NCBI GenBank assembly: GCA_048882485.1
Contig: JBHLRP010000065.1
Location: 1 to 16,766 of the forward strand
DNA length: 16,766 nt
Direction: 5' to 3'
From: Candidatus Thorarchaeota archaeon
GTDB lineage: Archaea; Asgardarchaeota; Thorarchaeia; Thorarchaeales; Thorarchaeaceae
A program made the position numbers and the translations under genes. Positions 1-12,884 of the stretch are shown in pieces. Within the stretch, counting starts at the first letter, position 1; every line of letters starts with the position of its first letter. The notes beneath the pieces are model-generated. The model had not been told where the DNA came from. It made no database searches and was given only the letters and a program-made list of their open reading frames with translations.

Positions 1-233
1 CGCAATGCTTTTTACCGTGAAAGGCACTATAATGTTCAGCTCACCCAAGCTGGAATAGATGATACTCCATCTTTCGTTTTATGGAAAGGTTTTTATCAAG
101 ACAGAATCCCGTGCGGATTGCCCAGACAGCATTGCTTCCCATTTACGCATGACCATGTATCACGCTGTTGACAAGTCATGAGACCATACAACGGCACAAT
201 TTATCGGTGTTATACTTGGTCTTGCATAGTTAG

Positions 234-340
234 GGGCCGGTGGCGCAGCTAGGTAGCGCAGCAGGCTTTTAACCTGATGGCCGCGGGTTCAAAAGATCAC
301 GAGAATCTCTCGTCTTCTGGGATTCCCGCCCGGCCCGCCA
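234..340 (+). tRNA. tRNA-Lys (anticodon TTT), intron-containing, CCA encoded
   Basis: Cloverleaf: acceptor GGGCCGG(234-240)/CCGGCCC(330-336); D-stem GCGC/GCGC; anticodon loop CTTTTAA with anticodon 268-270; 5-nt variable loop; T-stem GCGGG(283-287)/CCCGC(325-329); discriminator G337; CCA 338-340. The 27:43 pair is a G-A mismatch. The T-loop is TTCAAA...T interrupted by a 30-nt insert. Confidence 0.93.
294..323 (+). other. 30-nt archaeal tRNA intron in the T-loop (position 59/60)
   Basis: Bulge-helix-bulge fold: exon helix GCGGG/CCCGC; 4-bp central helix TTCA(288-291)/TGGG(318-321); 3-nt bulges AAA(292-294) and ATT(322-324); intron hairpin ACGAG(299-303)/CTCGT(309-313). Cutting after the second bulge nucleotide at each site restores T-loop TTCAAAT. 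Confidence 0.88.
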
Positions 341-489
341 CCTCCCCTTGTGAAATGGAAGTTTGTTGTTTGTGCAAAAGCACGGGGCGGCTATTGCAAG
401 CATTGGGTGAGCTCGGATTTTCTGGGTTCATGCTTGGGAAGCGTAGCGAGCAGTAGTTCCCCCGTCCCACATAGTCACGGTGTTGTGAT

Positions 490-3400
490 ATGGCAACAGA
501 CGCAGAAGACACGGGAAAGTATTGGCCGGTCATTGAGGCATTCTTTGACCACTACGGCCTAGTAGGTCAGCATCTCGACTCGTTTAACCGATTCATTCGG
601 GAGGAGCTTCAGCAAGTAGTAGACAGTGTTGCAAGGCTCAATCCCAAGGTTGAGGGCTATCATGTGGAGCTAGGGGACATCACTGTCGAGGCTCCATCAG
701 TCAGGGAGGCAGACGGAAGTGAACATCCTCTGTATCCCAACGAGGCCCGAATCAGGAACCTGACCTACGCGAGCAAGCTCTACCTGGACATGACCCCAGT
801 ACGAAAAGAAGGGTCAATCTCCACACGCATGGAAACAATGAGAATCTACGTGGGAGACATGCCGGTGATGTTACGCAGCGAAAAATGCCTCTTGCATGGC
901 ATGTCTGCGGAAGAGCTGATCAAGCATGGCGAAGATCCAAAGGACCCTGGTGGCTACTTCATCATCAACGGTTCTGAACGGGTTCTAGTGACCCAAGAGG
1001 ATTTGGCGCCGAATAGGATTCTGATTGAGGAGGCAAGTAAGAGCTCAAGCTACACTCACATTGCAAAAGTGTTTTCGACTTCCCGCGGGTTCCGTGCACC
1101 CGTCACCATTGAGAGGAAACGCAGTGGCGAGCTCAGGGTTTCATTCCCATCTGTACCAGGAAAGATTCCTCTAGCCATACTTCTGAAAGCCCTAGGTCTA
1201 GAGTCGGACAGAGAGATTGTTGATGTAATATCCGATGATGACGAGATTCGAAATGAGCTCATCGTCACCATAGAGCAGTCTGCCCCCATCAATGCCCCGC
1301 GTGATGAGGAAGATTCCTCCACTAGAGATAATGCCCTAGACTTCATTGGTAAACGGGTTGCAGTCGGCCAAACAAAGGAGTACAGACTTGCTCGTGCAGA
1401 GAAAGTTCTCGATAGGTATCTTCTACCACATATTGGTACAGAGGACACCCATCGTCTTCAGAAGGCCTACTACCTGGGTCAGATGGTTGAGCGACTTCTA
1501 GAGCTAGTTCTGTCAAAGAGGCAGCAAGATGACAAAGACCACTACGCCAACAAGAGACTCAAGCTCTCAGGCGATCTGTTGATGTCACTATTCCGTGTGG
1601 CTCTCTATTCTCTTACTCGTGACATCAAATACCAGCTTGAGCGAACAGCAGTCCGTGGTCGGAAACCCAATATTCGTACAGCAGTAAGAGCAGATGTCAT
1701 CACCCAGAGGCTCAAGCATGCCTTGGCAACAGGCAACTGGGTAGGTGGCAAAGCCGGCGTATCACAACTACTTGATCGAACCAACTACATCTCATCACTA
1801 TCACACCTACGAAGAGTAGTTTCGCCACTCTCACGTTCACAGCCTCACTTTGAGGCAAGAGACCTTCACTCCACGCACTGGGGGAAGATATGTCCAAATG
1901 AAACCCCTGAAGGTCCTAACTGTGGACTTGTCAAGAACATAGCAATGATGGCCTACATCTCTGTAGGAACAGAAGAAACTTCCATCGAGAAGGCCCTCAT
2001 CAAGGCCGAGGTCCAAGGAATCGAGAAACTCAGAGGAAAGAGAGGCACAAAAGCTGCTGATGTCTTCCTCAACGGACGGCTTGTAGGAGTACATCCTGCT
2101 CCTCAAGTCCTTGTGAAGACCATGCGACAGAAGCGTCGAGCCGGAGAGATTGATCCTGAAACCAACATTGCCTACTATGAGAACACCCACGAAGTACAAG
2201 CAAACTGCGATGCCGGTCGTGTCAGAAGACCACTGATAGTCGTAGAGAACGGTAAAAGCAGACTCACAGACGAGCATCTTCGAATGGTCATGGATGGTGA
2301 GTGGGGCTTCATGGACCTCATGAGAAACGGTATCGTCGAGTTCCTTGATGCGGAGGAAGAGGAGAACACCCTCATTGCAATGTATCCGCATGAGATTGGG
2401 CCTAACACCACACATATGGAGATCGAGCCTGCAACAATTCTCGGCATCTCCGCAGCATTGATTCCATTCCCAGAGCGGAACCAGTCACCACGTAACGTGT
2501 ACATGGCTGGAATGGCAAAGCAGTCTGTAGGTGTGCCAGCATCAAACTTCAGGTATCGTGCAGATACCCGTTCACACTTTTTCCACTATCCTCAGATTCC
2601 ATTGGTGAAGACCAGAGCCATGGACTCGATAGGCTACGAGGAGAGACCAGCCATTCAGAACTTTGTGGTCGCAATCCTGTCCTTCGAGGGCTATAACATT
2701 GAAGACGCCCTCATCATGAACAAGGCATCCATCGAGCGTGGACTTGGAAGGAGCACTTTCACCCGTGTATACGAGAGCGAGGAACGCAAGTACCCAGGAG
2801 GACAGGAGGACCGCTTCGAAATCCCTGACCGTAGCGTCAGAGGCTACAGGGCTTCAGAGTCCTACCGCAACCTAGGCGAGGATGGTGTAATCGAAACCGA
2901 GGTAGAGGTACAGGGCGGTGACGTCCTCATAGGCAGGACCTCTCCACCACGGTTCCTCGAGGAGTACTCAGAGTTCGACATAGCATCACCCAACCGTCGA
3001 GAAACCTCAGTGGCTGTGCGTCATGGAGAGTCTGGTGTTGTGGACAGCGTCATCCTAACCGAAACCATCGATGGCAACCGACTGGTGAAGGTCAAGGTTC
3101 GCGATTTGCGTATACCCGAACTCGGCGACAAGTACGCTTCCCGACACGGTCAGAAGGGAGTCATTGGATACATTGTCCCACAGGAGGATGTTCCATTCAC
3201 TGAGGACGGAGTAGTTCCCGACCTTCTCGTCAATCCTCATGCCATTCCAAGTCGGATGACCATTGGTCAGATTCTAGAGATGATCGCTGGAAAGGCAGCC
3301 TGCATGGCAGGTAAACAACAAGACGGAACGCCATTTAGTGGTGTTCAAGAGGATGAACTCTTCGCCATTCTGAAAGAACATGGTATGCAGCATACCGGTA

Positions 3401-3860
3401 GAGAGGTAATGTACTCGGGAATCACCGGCGAGAAGATGAAAGTGGACATCTTCATTGGAATTGTTGCACAACAAAAATTGCATCACATGGTGGCCGACAA
3501 GATTCACGCTCGCGCACGAGGCCCAGTACAGATTCTTACCAGACAGCCCACCGAGGGTAGGGCCAGAGAGGGTGGTCTACGATTCGGAGAGATGGAGCGT
3601 GATGTGCTCATTGGCCACGGCGCAGCCATTCTGCTCAAGGGCAGGCTACTTGACGAGTCTGACAAGAGCAACATGTTGGTCTGTGAAGAGTGCGGACTCA
3701 TCGGGGTCTATGACCGGAACAAAGACCAATATTATTGTCCAATATGCGGCAGCAACGCGAAGATTAGTAGCGTTGTGGTGTCGTACGCATTCAAACTTCT
3801 CATACAAGAGATGATGTCGCTCGGCTTAGCCGCCAGGCTGCGTTTGAAGGAGATGATCTA

Positions 3861-3861
<1 letters not shown>
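490..3861 (+). CDS. rpoB: DNA-directed RNA polymerase subunit B (single, unsplit), 1123 aa
   Basis: Track ORF. Archaeal RpoB motifs include ERVLVTQEDLAPNRI, RDKYASRHGQKGVIG-type sequence (GDKYASRHGQKGVIG), GLRFGEMERDVLIGHGA and a C-terminal Zn ribbon CEECG...CPICG. Confidence 0.98.
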
Positions 3862-7900
<4,039 letters not shown>

Positions 7901-7903
7901 CTA

Positions 7904-7917
7904 CGGAAACGTTAAAA
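7904..7917 (+). promoter_or_regulatory. BRE/TATA-like promoter for rpl30e-nusA
   Basis: CGGAAACGTTAAAA, with TATA-like TTAAAA about 45 nt upstream of the TTG start. Nearly identical to the element upstream of EF-1A. Confidence 0.5.
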
Positions 7918-7959
7918 CAGAACTCGAGTAGACGCAAAAACACAACGAGGTCATGACAA

Positions 7960-8253
7960 TTGAGCCTAAATCAGCCAATAGCTAGCGCAGTGAGCACCGG
8001 CGAATGTCGAATCGGTGCCAAATCTTCCATAGATGCTCTAAAGACTTCAGAGGCGAAGGTAGTTGTTGTTGCAGCCAACTGCCCACGCAACGAATACGAA
8101 GATATTGAGAGATTTGCTTCACTTTCAGGCATTAAGGTCCTGAGGTTTGAGGGGACTTCATGGGATCTTGGAGAGGTCGTGGGGAAGCCCTTCATGGTGT
8201 CAGCCATTGCAGTGATCAAACCAGGTGACTCAAAGATTCTGAAGATGGCATGA
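7960..8253 (+). CDS. rpl30e: Ribosomal protein L30e (eL30), 97 aa, TTG start
   Basis: Conserved position between rpoA2 and nusA; L7Ae/L30e-like sequence (AKSSIDALKTSEAKVVVVAANCPRNEYEDIERFASLSGIKVLRFEGTSWDLGEVVGKPF). Confidence 0.92.
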   Translation: MSLNQPIASAVSTGECRIGAKSSIDALKTSEAKVVVVAANCPRNEYEDIERFASLSGIKVLRFEGTSWDLGEVVGKPFMVSAIAVIKPGDSKILKMA

Positions 8254-8263
8254 GGCGGTTCAA

Positions 8264-8692
8264 TTGGTCAAACTCTCCATGGAGGACATGGCGCTCATAG
8301 CTACTTTCGAGCGGATAACAGGTGCATCTGCAGTAGATGTTGTTCGCGATGACGATGGCGAACGCCTTATCTTTGTTGTGAGAGAGAAGCAGCTGGGAAA
8401 AGCCATTGGTCGTGGCGGTTCCAATGTGAAGGCTGCAGCAGACACCTTTGGAAGGACAGTTGATGTTGTGGAAATTGCTGCTTCTCCGGAGGAGTTCGTG
8501 AAAAGCGCTCTTGCTCCTGCTAGAGTTGAAGAAGTGAAAATCATAATCCACAGGGACGGAAACAGGGTGGCTTCTGTTACTGTCAATTCTGAAGACCGTG
8601 GCATCGCCATTGGTCGAGATGGCCGTAATGTTGCTCGTGCTCGTATCCTGGCACGACGGCATTTTGATCTCACGAATGTTGTCATAGCCTAA
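8264..8692 (+). CDS. nusA: NusA-like KH-domain transcription factor, 142 aa (TTG 8264, or ATG 8279)
   Basis: KH motifs LGKAIGRGGSNVKAA and RGIAIGRDGRNVARARILARRHF; canonical position after L30e. Confidence 0.93.
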   Translation: MVKLSMEDMALIATFERITGASAVDVVRDDDGERLIFVVREKQLGKAIGRGGSNVKAAADTFGRTVDVVEIAASPEEFVKSALAPARVEEVKIIIHRDGNRVASVTVNSEDRGIAIGRDGRNVARARILARRHFDLTNVVIA

Positions 8693-8762
8693 AAGACTGA
8701 GGGCGGCAGTGAACTGGGTTCTTATTAGTATTCCAGAGAGTGTCTTCTAGGAGATCCCATAG

Positions 8763-8936
8763 ATGATTATGAAGAATGAATGGTTGATTCCGTTGGGCGG
8801 CATCTGTCTAGCGGTGGCACTTGTCATAGACCATTTTCTCCCAGAGAATGATATCCTATCCTTCGTGATGGGCATACTGATCGGGCTATCAATTACCCTG
8901 AATCTGGTTGGGCTTTACAGGTCTAGAAATGGATAG
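8763..8936 (+). CDS. Unannotated 57-aa membrane mini-protein (two predicted TM segments)
   Basis: Translates to MIMKNEWLIPLGGICLAVALVIDHFLPENDILSFVMGILIGLSITLNLVGLYRSRNG. SD-like AGGAGA at 8751-8756 upstream. Missing from the supplied ORF track, whose shortest entries are 60 aa. Confidence 0.7.
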   Translation: MIMKNEWLIPLGGICLAVALVIDHFLPENDILSFVMGILIGLSITLNLVGLYRSRNG

Positions 8937-9071
8937 CAGAAGCGTCCAGAAACGCCATTTCGGGCAGTTGCATTTGACAATGCTTTTAAGGAAACTCTAG
9001 TCCGAAGCCGTGGCCACCAATAGTGAACACCATACACGGTGGACCCATCATCAATAAAGAGGAATACTACC

Positions 9072-9515
9072 TTGTCACGAGGAAAGAGCCCCCTGGGTGA
9101 GTTCGCAGCGAGACCCCTTGTTAGGAAACGCAAGAGGTTCCGGTGGAAGAAACCATCCTACAAGAGGAGAGTACTCAAGCTCAGGCAAAAGACTGACCCA
9201 CTAGAGGGCGCTCCACAAGCCGCGGGAATCGTCTTAGAGAAAGTCGGAATTGAAAGCAAGCAACCCAACTCTGCTATCAGAAAGGCTGTACGAATCCAGC
9301 TCTCAAAGAATGGTAAACAGATCACAGCGTTCATTCCTGGTGATGGGGGTCTCAAGTATATCGATGAGCACGATCAAGTGCTGGTCGAAGGTATTGGTGG
9401 CGCAATGGGTGGCGCAATGGGAGATCTTCCAGGTGTTAGATGGAAGGTCGTAAAGGTCAACGGTGTGGCTCTAGAGAGCCTCATCTATGGTAAGAAAGAG
9501 AAACCAATTCGTTAG
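9072..9515 (+). CDS. rps12: Ribosomal protein uS12 (probable TTG start at 9072; track start is GTG 9039)
   Basis: [52 protein letters not shown]. An AGAGG SD-like element at 9058-9062 precedes TTG 9072. Confidence 0.95.
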   Translation: MSRGKSPLGEFAARPLVRKRKRFRWKKPSYKRRVLKLRQKTDPLEGAPQAAGIVLEKVGIESKQPNSAIRKAVRIQLSKNGKQITAFIPGDGGLKYIDEHDQVLVEGIGGAMGGAMGDLPGVRWKVVKVNGVALESLIYGKKEKPIR

Positions 9516-9522
9516 GTGGGTC

Positions 9523-10194
9523 ATGATGGCTGAAGAAGAGAAGACTGAGGTTGTTGAAGAGGAAACTCCACCAGAGTCCGAGCCAGAGCCACATGTCGCC
9601 CCTGATTTATTGCTTTTCGGAAAGTGGGACTCAACAGAAGTGGAGATAAAGGACATTGGTCTTGCGCGATACATCTCCCTCAAACCGGTCCTGATTCCTC
9701 ATACTGCAGGTAGACACGCTCACAAAAGATTCCACAAGAGCAACGTTCCTATAGTCGAGCGCTTTGTCAACAAGCTACTCAATGCTGGCAGAAGAAAGGA
9801 CAAGAAGACTCGCACTGGCCGAAATGCCGGTAAGAAACTCAATGTCATCCACACTCTGAAGCGTGTCTTTGAGATTATCGACTATCGAACAGGTCTCAAT
9901 CCCATACAGGTCCTTGTAACTGCCATCGAGCACTCGGCTCCCTCTGAGGAAACCACTCGTATATCCTACGGCGGAATGGCATACCCACGGTCGGTCGATG
10001 TTGCTCCTCAGAGAAGAATCGACCTTGCTCTCAGGTATCTAGCCGTTGGTGCAACTCGCTCTGCTCACAAAAATGCCAAGTCCTTTGAAGAGTGCTTGGT
10101 CGATGAGCTCCTTCTAGCATACAAAGGCGATCCGGCCAGTTTCGCAGTAGCCAGAAAGGAAGAACGCGAGAGAGTTGCGCGCTCAGCACGGTAG
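9523..10194 (+). CDS. rps7: Ribosomal protein uS7 (probable ATG at 9523 or 9526; track start 9487 overlaps rps12)
   Basis: NKLLNAGRRKDKKTRTGRNAGKKLNVIHTLKRVFEII and RRIDLALRYLAVGATRSAHKN. AGGTGG SD-like element at 9514-9519. Confidence 0.95.
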   Translation: MMAEEEKTEVVEEETPPESEPEPHVAPDLLLFGKWDSTEVEIKDIGLARYISLKPVLIPHTAGRHAHKRFHKSNVPIVERFVNKLLNAGRRKDKKTRTGRNAGKKLNVIHTLKRVFEIIDYRTGLNPIQVLVTAIEHSAPSEETTRISYGGMAYPRSVDVAPQRRIDLALRYLAVGATRSAHKNAKSFEECLVDELLLAYKGDPASFAVARKEERERVARSAR

Positions 10195-10308
10195 ACTCAC
10201 CAATGCATTTTCACTTTTCATCCACTAGTGATTACACCGTTTTGAATCAGAAAGTGATATAGTCAAGCTTCTGAAGCTCCAAAAACAGCAGACACAGAGG
10301 AACCGAAT

Positions 10309-11208
10309 ATGTCCAAACAGACCTATGCATGGTTGGCAGTACTCATCATCACAGTGCTGTGGGCATCATCTCTGATTCTGGCAAAGATTGCGTTCGTGGA
10401 ACTAACACCAATCACTTTCGTGGCACTTCGATACACCCTGGCCTGTCCCTTTCTCATTCCTGCAATACTCATCACGAAGCGGCGTCAGGAGTCGTCAAGC
10501 AACCCACGCAAGCACTGGAAACTCCTCGTAGCAGCTGGACTTGCTGGTCCATTCTCGTCCCAAGTAATGCAATACATAGGTCTCAATATGACGACAGCTA
10601 GTGATGCGGTGCTTCTGGTCAATTTCACCCCAGTTTTTGCTGTGATACTTGCAGCGGCAATTATTGATGAGAAACTCACTTTTGCCAAGATCATCGGTCT
10701 ATTCATGGCAACTCTTGGTGCAATCATGATAGTGTTCAATCCCGCTTCTGTAGACCCTATCATTAGTCCAACAAGGGTGATGGGTGGCATCATCATTCTT
10801 GTTTCTACATTCTTCTTTGCTGTCAATGGAATCATGGGAAAGGTAGCAGTGAAGTCTGTGGACTCTGTGAGTGTCACATTCTATAGCACTCTTGCCGCGG
10901 TTCCGTTTCTCTGGCTGTCTGTGGCAATATTCGAGGACCCGTCAGCGCTACTGGCACTCAGCATTCAATCATGGGTGATTGTCCTGTGGGTTGGGATTGT
11001 GAATACAGCATTTGCATTCATACTCTACTACGAGTCTATGAAGTACATCGAGGCTTCCAAGGTCCAGATTGCACTGAACTTGATTGGTGTCTGGGGAGTT
11101 TTGATGTCTATTCCGTTCCTTGGCGAAACGATCTCACTACTCCAGATTCTAGGAGGAGCGGTGACTATCATTGGTGTCATAATGGTACAGAGGGATCGAA
11201 CCCGGTGA
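10309..11208 (+). CDS. EamA/DMT-family transporter, 299 aa
   Basis: About ten hydrophobic segments; typical EamA motifs (WASSLILAKIAF...P..FVALRYTLACPFLIP; duplicated domain ending FAFILYYESMKYIEASKVQIALNLIGVWGVLMSIPFLGETISLLQILGGAVTIIGVIMV). Confidence 0.93.
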   Translation: MSKQTYAWLAVLIITVLWASSLILAKIAFVELTPITFVALRYTLACPFLIPAILITKRRQESSSNPRKHWKLLVAAGLAGPFSSQVMQYIGLNMTTASDAVLLVNFTPVFAVILAAAIIDEKLTFAKIIGLFMATLGAIMIVFNPASVDPIISPTRVMGGIIILVSTFFFAVNGIMGKVAVKSVDSVSVTFYSTLAAVPFLWLSVAIFEDPSALLALSIQSWVIVLWVGIVNTAFAFILYYESMKYIEASKVQIALNLIGVWGVLMSIPFLGETISLLQILGGAVTIIGVIMVQRDRTR

Positions 11209-11230
11209 CTAGTAGCACGGGCTATCGAGT

Positions 11231-11575
11231 TCATCTGTTGAGCAAGGCAAATCCAGTTCCCTTTACTACTGAAACATCATCGAACATACCTATTGGGCTC
11301 TTTCTTGCGTTCTCTCTCCTCTCAGGTGGCAATGATATCTTCACTCGTGCTCCGTATATCCTTGCATAAATCACATCAATAAGGTAGACCTCGGCAAAGA
11401 TGACAACGATTGACAACCCTGGATAATACAATACAGGGATTATCAGGGCTCCCATAGTGATCAATCCCATAAGGGCCTCAAAGTACCTGCGCGACGCATT
11501 GAATGCGGCTATTGATAATGATAATCGTGTCTGAGGCACTGGCTTCGGTTTAATATGATTGAATTTTGACATCAT
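11231..11575 (-). CDS. Small membrane protein, paralog 1 (114 aa), unknown function
   Basis: Hydrophobic core ASRRYFEALMGLITMGALIIPVLYYPGLSIVVIFAEVYLIDVIYARIYGARVKI. Strong SD GGTGAGGTG 5 nt upstream of the ATG. Paralogous to the adjacent ORF. Confidence 0.75.
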   Translation of the reverse strand: MMSKFNHIKPKPVPQTRLSLSIAAFNASRRYFEALMGLITMGALIIPVLYYPGLSIVVIFAEVYLIDVIYARIYGARVKISLPPERRENARKSPIGMFDDVSVVKGTGFALLNR

Positions 11576-11583
11576 AAATCACC

Positions 11584-11931
11584 TCACCTTGTGAGTAGTC
11601 CTTGTGGTCTAATCTTGGAAACATATCTGCAATCATATACCGTTCTTATCCTTGTACCAGTCCTTGCTCCAAGTGGAACTGACATTTTCACTCGTGCCCC
11701 GTATATCCTTGCATATATTGCCTCGACAAGATAGACTTCAGCAAAGATCACAATGAAGAATAATCCAGGATAATACGACACAGGAATCATCAGGACTCCC
11801 ATTGTGATCAATCCCATAAAGGCCTCAAAGTACCTGCGCGACGCACCAAGCATAGTCATAGGCAATGACGTCGACGCAATAGGCACTCGCATTGGCCCGG
11901 TCACTTCGAATTTTGATACCATAAGCATCAC
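11584..11931 (-). CDS. Small membrane protein, paralog 2 (115 aa), unknown function
   Basis: ASRRYFEAFMGLITMGVLMIPVSYYPGLFFIVIFAEVYLVEAIYARIYGARVKM aligns without gaps to paralog 1. Its TGA stop lies within the paralog 1 SD region. Confidence 0.72.
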   Translation of the reverse strand: MMLMVSKFEVTGPMRVPIASTSLPMTMLGASRRYFEAFMGLITMGVLMIPVSYYPGLFFIVIFAEVYLVEAIYARIYGARVKMSVPLGARTGTRIRTVYDCRYVSKIRPQGLLTR

Positions 11932-12060
11932 ATTGTATTATGTATCGACAATACGTGATATAAGTATTTCGATTACATAATACAATACAAGTCTGGCAAG
12001 ACTTCCGCGAATCGAGCCGATGTAGTTATCAATCATACATTCATCGATTTGTCGAGCAGA

Positions 12061-12441
12061 ATGAAGATAACAAAAGTGATCCGCGCTCATGAAACTGAGA
12101 TTACAAAGACCCTAACTGCAAAGAAGGGAGAATCGCTTGAGGGCATAGAAAAGGAAACAACGTGGGAAGGATGGCTCTGGTGTCGAAATAAGGCGGATGT
12201 GTATGGATGGGTGCCAAAGTCCTATCTAGAGCCTTTATCGGAACCGGGAAAATACCAGTTACTCCAAGACTATACCTCTAGGGAGTTGAAAGGTCAACCT
12301 GGAGAAGAGGTGATGGTACTCATTGAAGAGAGCGGATGGGCATGGGCACGAACACCTCTTGGAGAGGAAGGCTGGATACCACTGGAGAATTTAGGTGATG
12401 TAACTACGCAGCCAGAGTCAGTCCCTGATCTGATGAAGTGA
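12061..12441 (+). CDS. Protein with two tandem SH3-like domains (TTG 12049 or ATG 12061)
   Basis: Two modules with SH3 signatures: ...GESLEGIEKETTWEGWLWCRNKADVYGWVPKSYLE and QLLQDYTSRELKGQPGEEVMVLIEESGWAWARTPLGEEGWIPLENL. Confidence 0.8.
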   Translation: MKITKVIRAHETEITKTLTAKKGESLEGIEKETTWEGWLWCRNKADVYGWVPKSYLEPLSEPGKYQLLQDYTSRELKGQPGEEVMVLIEESGWAWARTPLGEEGWIPLENLGDVTTQPESVPDLMK

Positions 12442-12450
12442 GACGATTCT

Positions 12451-12807
12451 ATGGTGAAAAAGGAAGTTCCTCGATGCAGACAGGACTCATCAGTGCTATG
12501 TGATGATACATGCGTCTACAAGAGAGTTCTGGCAGTTATTGGAAAGAAGCACACTCTTGACATACTCAGAGTACTGGGCTATGACCGGACCGTCAGATTC
12601 AATGCTCTGCAGAATGAGATTCGGGGTAGTCCAAAGACCCTTACAGATCGCCTAAACGAACTTTGTTCTCTAGGAATAATCAAACGAGAAGCGTTTGCTG
12701 AAATTCCACCGCGTGTAGAATATTCATTGACAGAAAAGGGTCTGGACCTCACTCCTGTTATGGATGCACTGAGAGCTTGGTCATTGAAATGGGCTCTTCT
12801 AGGCTAG
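12451..12807 (+). CDS. HxlR-family winged helix-turn-helix transcriptional regulator, 118 aa
   Basis: CVYKRVLAVIGKKHTLDILRVLGYDRTVRFNALQNEIRGSPKTLTDRLNELCSLGIIKREAFAEIPPRVEYSLTEKGLDLTPVMDALRAW matches the HxlR pattern. Confidence 0.93.
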   Translation: MVKKEVPRCRQDSSVLCDDTCVYKRVLAVIGKKHTLDILRVLGYDRTVRFNALQNEIRGSPKTLTDRLNELCSLGIIKREAFAEIPPRVEYSLTEKGLDLTPVMDALRAWSLKWALLG

Positions 12808-12884
12808 GAAGGCAAAGCGATTACGCCGAACAGGCTGCTTAATAGATAATCATCTAATCACCTGGGTTCGCCGAGATGAGCTAG

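Noticed and set aside
297-533. - strand ORF of 78 aa across the tRNA and rpoB start
   Set aside because: It overlaps the tRNA intron/3' end and the rpoB N-terminus and has non-protein-like composition.
350-562. + strand 70-aa ORF upstream of rpoB considered as a possible rpoH
   Set aside because: The sequence does not resemble RpoH, and its C-terminal part lies out of frame within rpoB.
1837-2415. 192-aa - strand ORF inside rpoB (and other antisense ORFs in rpoB, rpoA1 and rpoA2)
   Set aside because: Fully antisense to strongly conserved polymerase sequence. These are typical shadow ORFs.
8216-8685. Antisense ORFs of 148 aa and 141 aa over nusA
   Set aside because: The + strand encodes clear KH motifs. 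The antisense frames are low-complexity and overlap each other.
10329-10601. + strand ORF within the EamA transporter, plus 10971-11369 (+) and 10485-10877 (-)
   Set aside because: The EamA frame is clearly the coding frame. The alternatives lack family-like or balanced composition.
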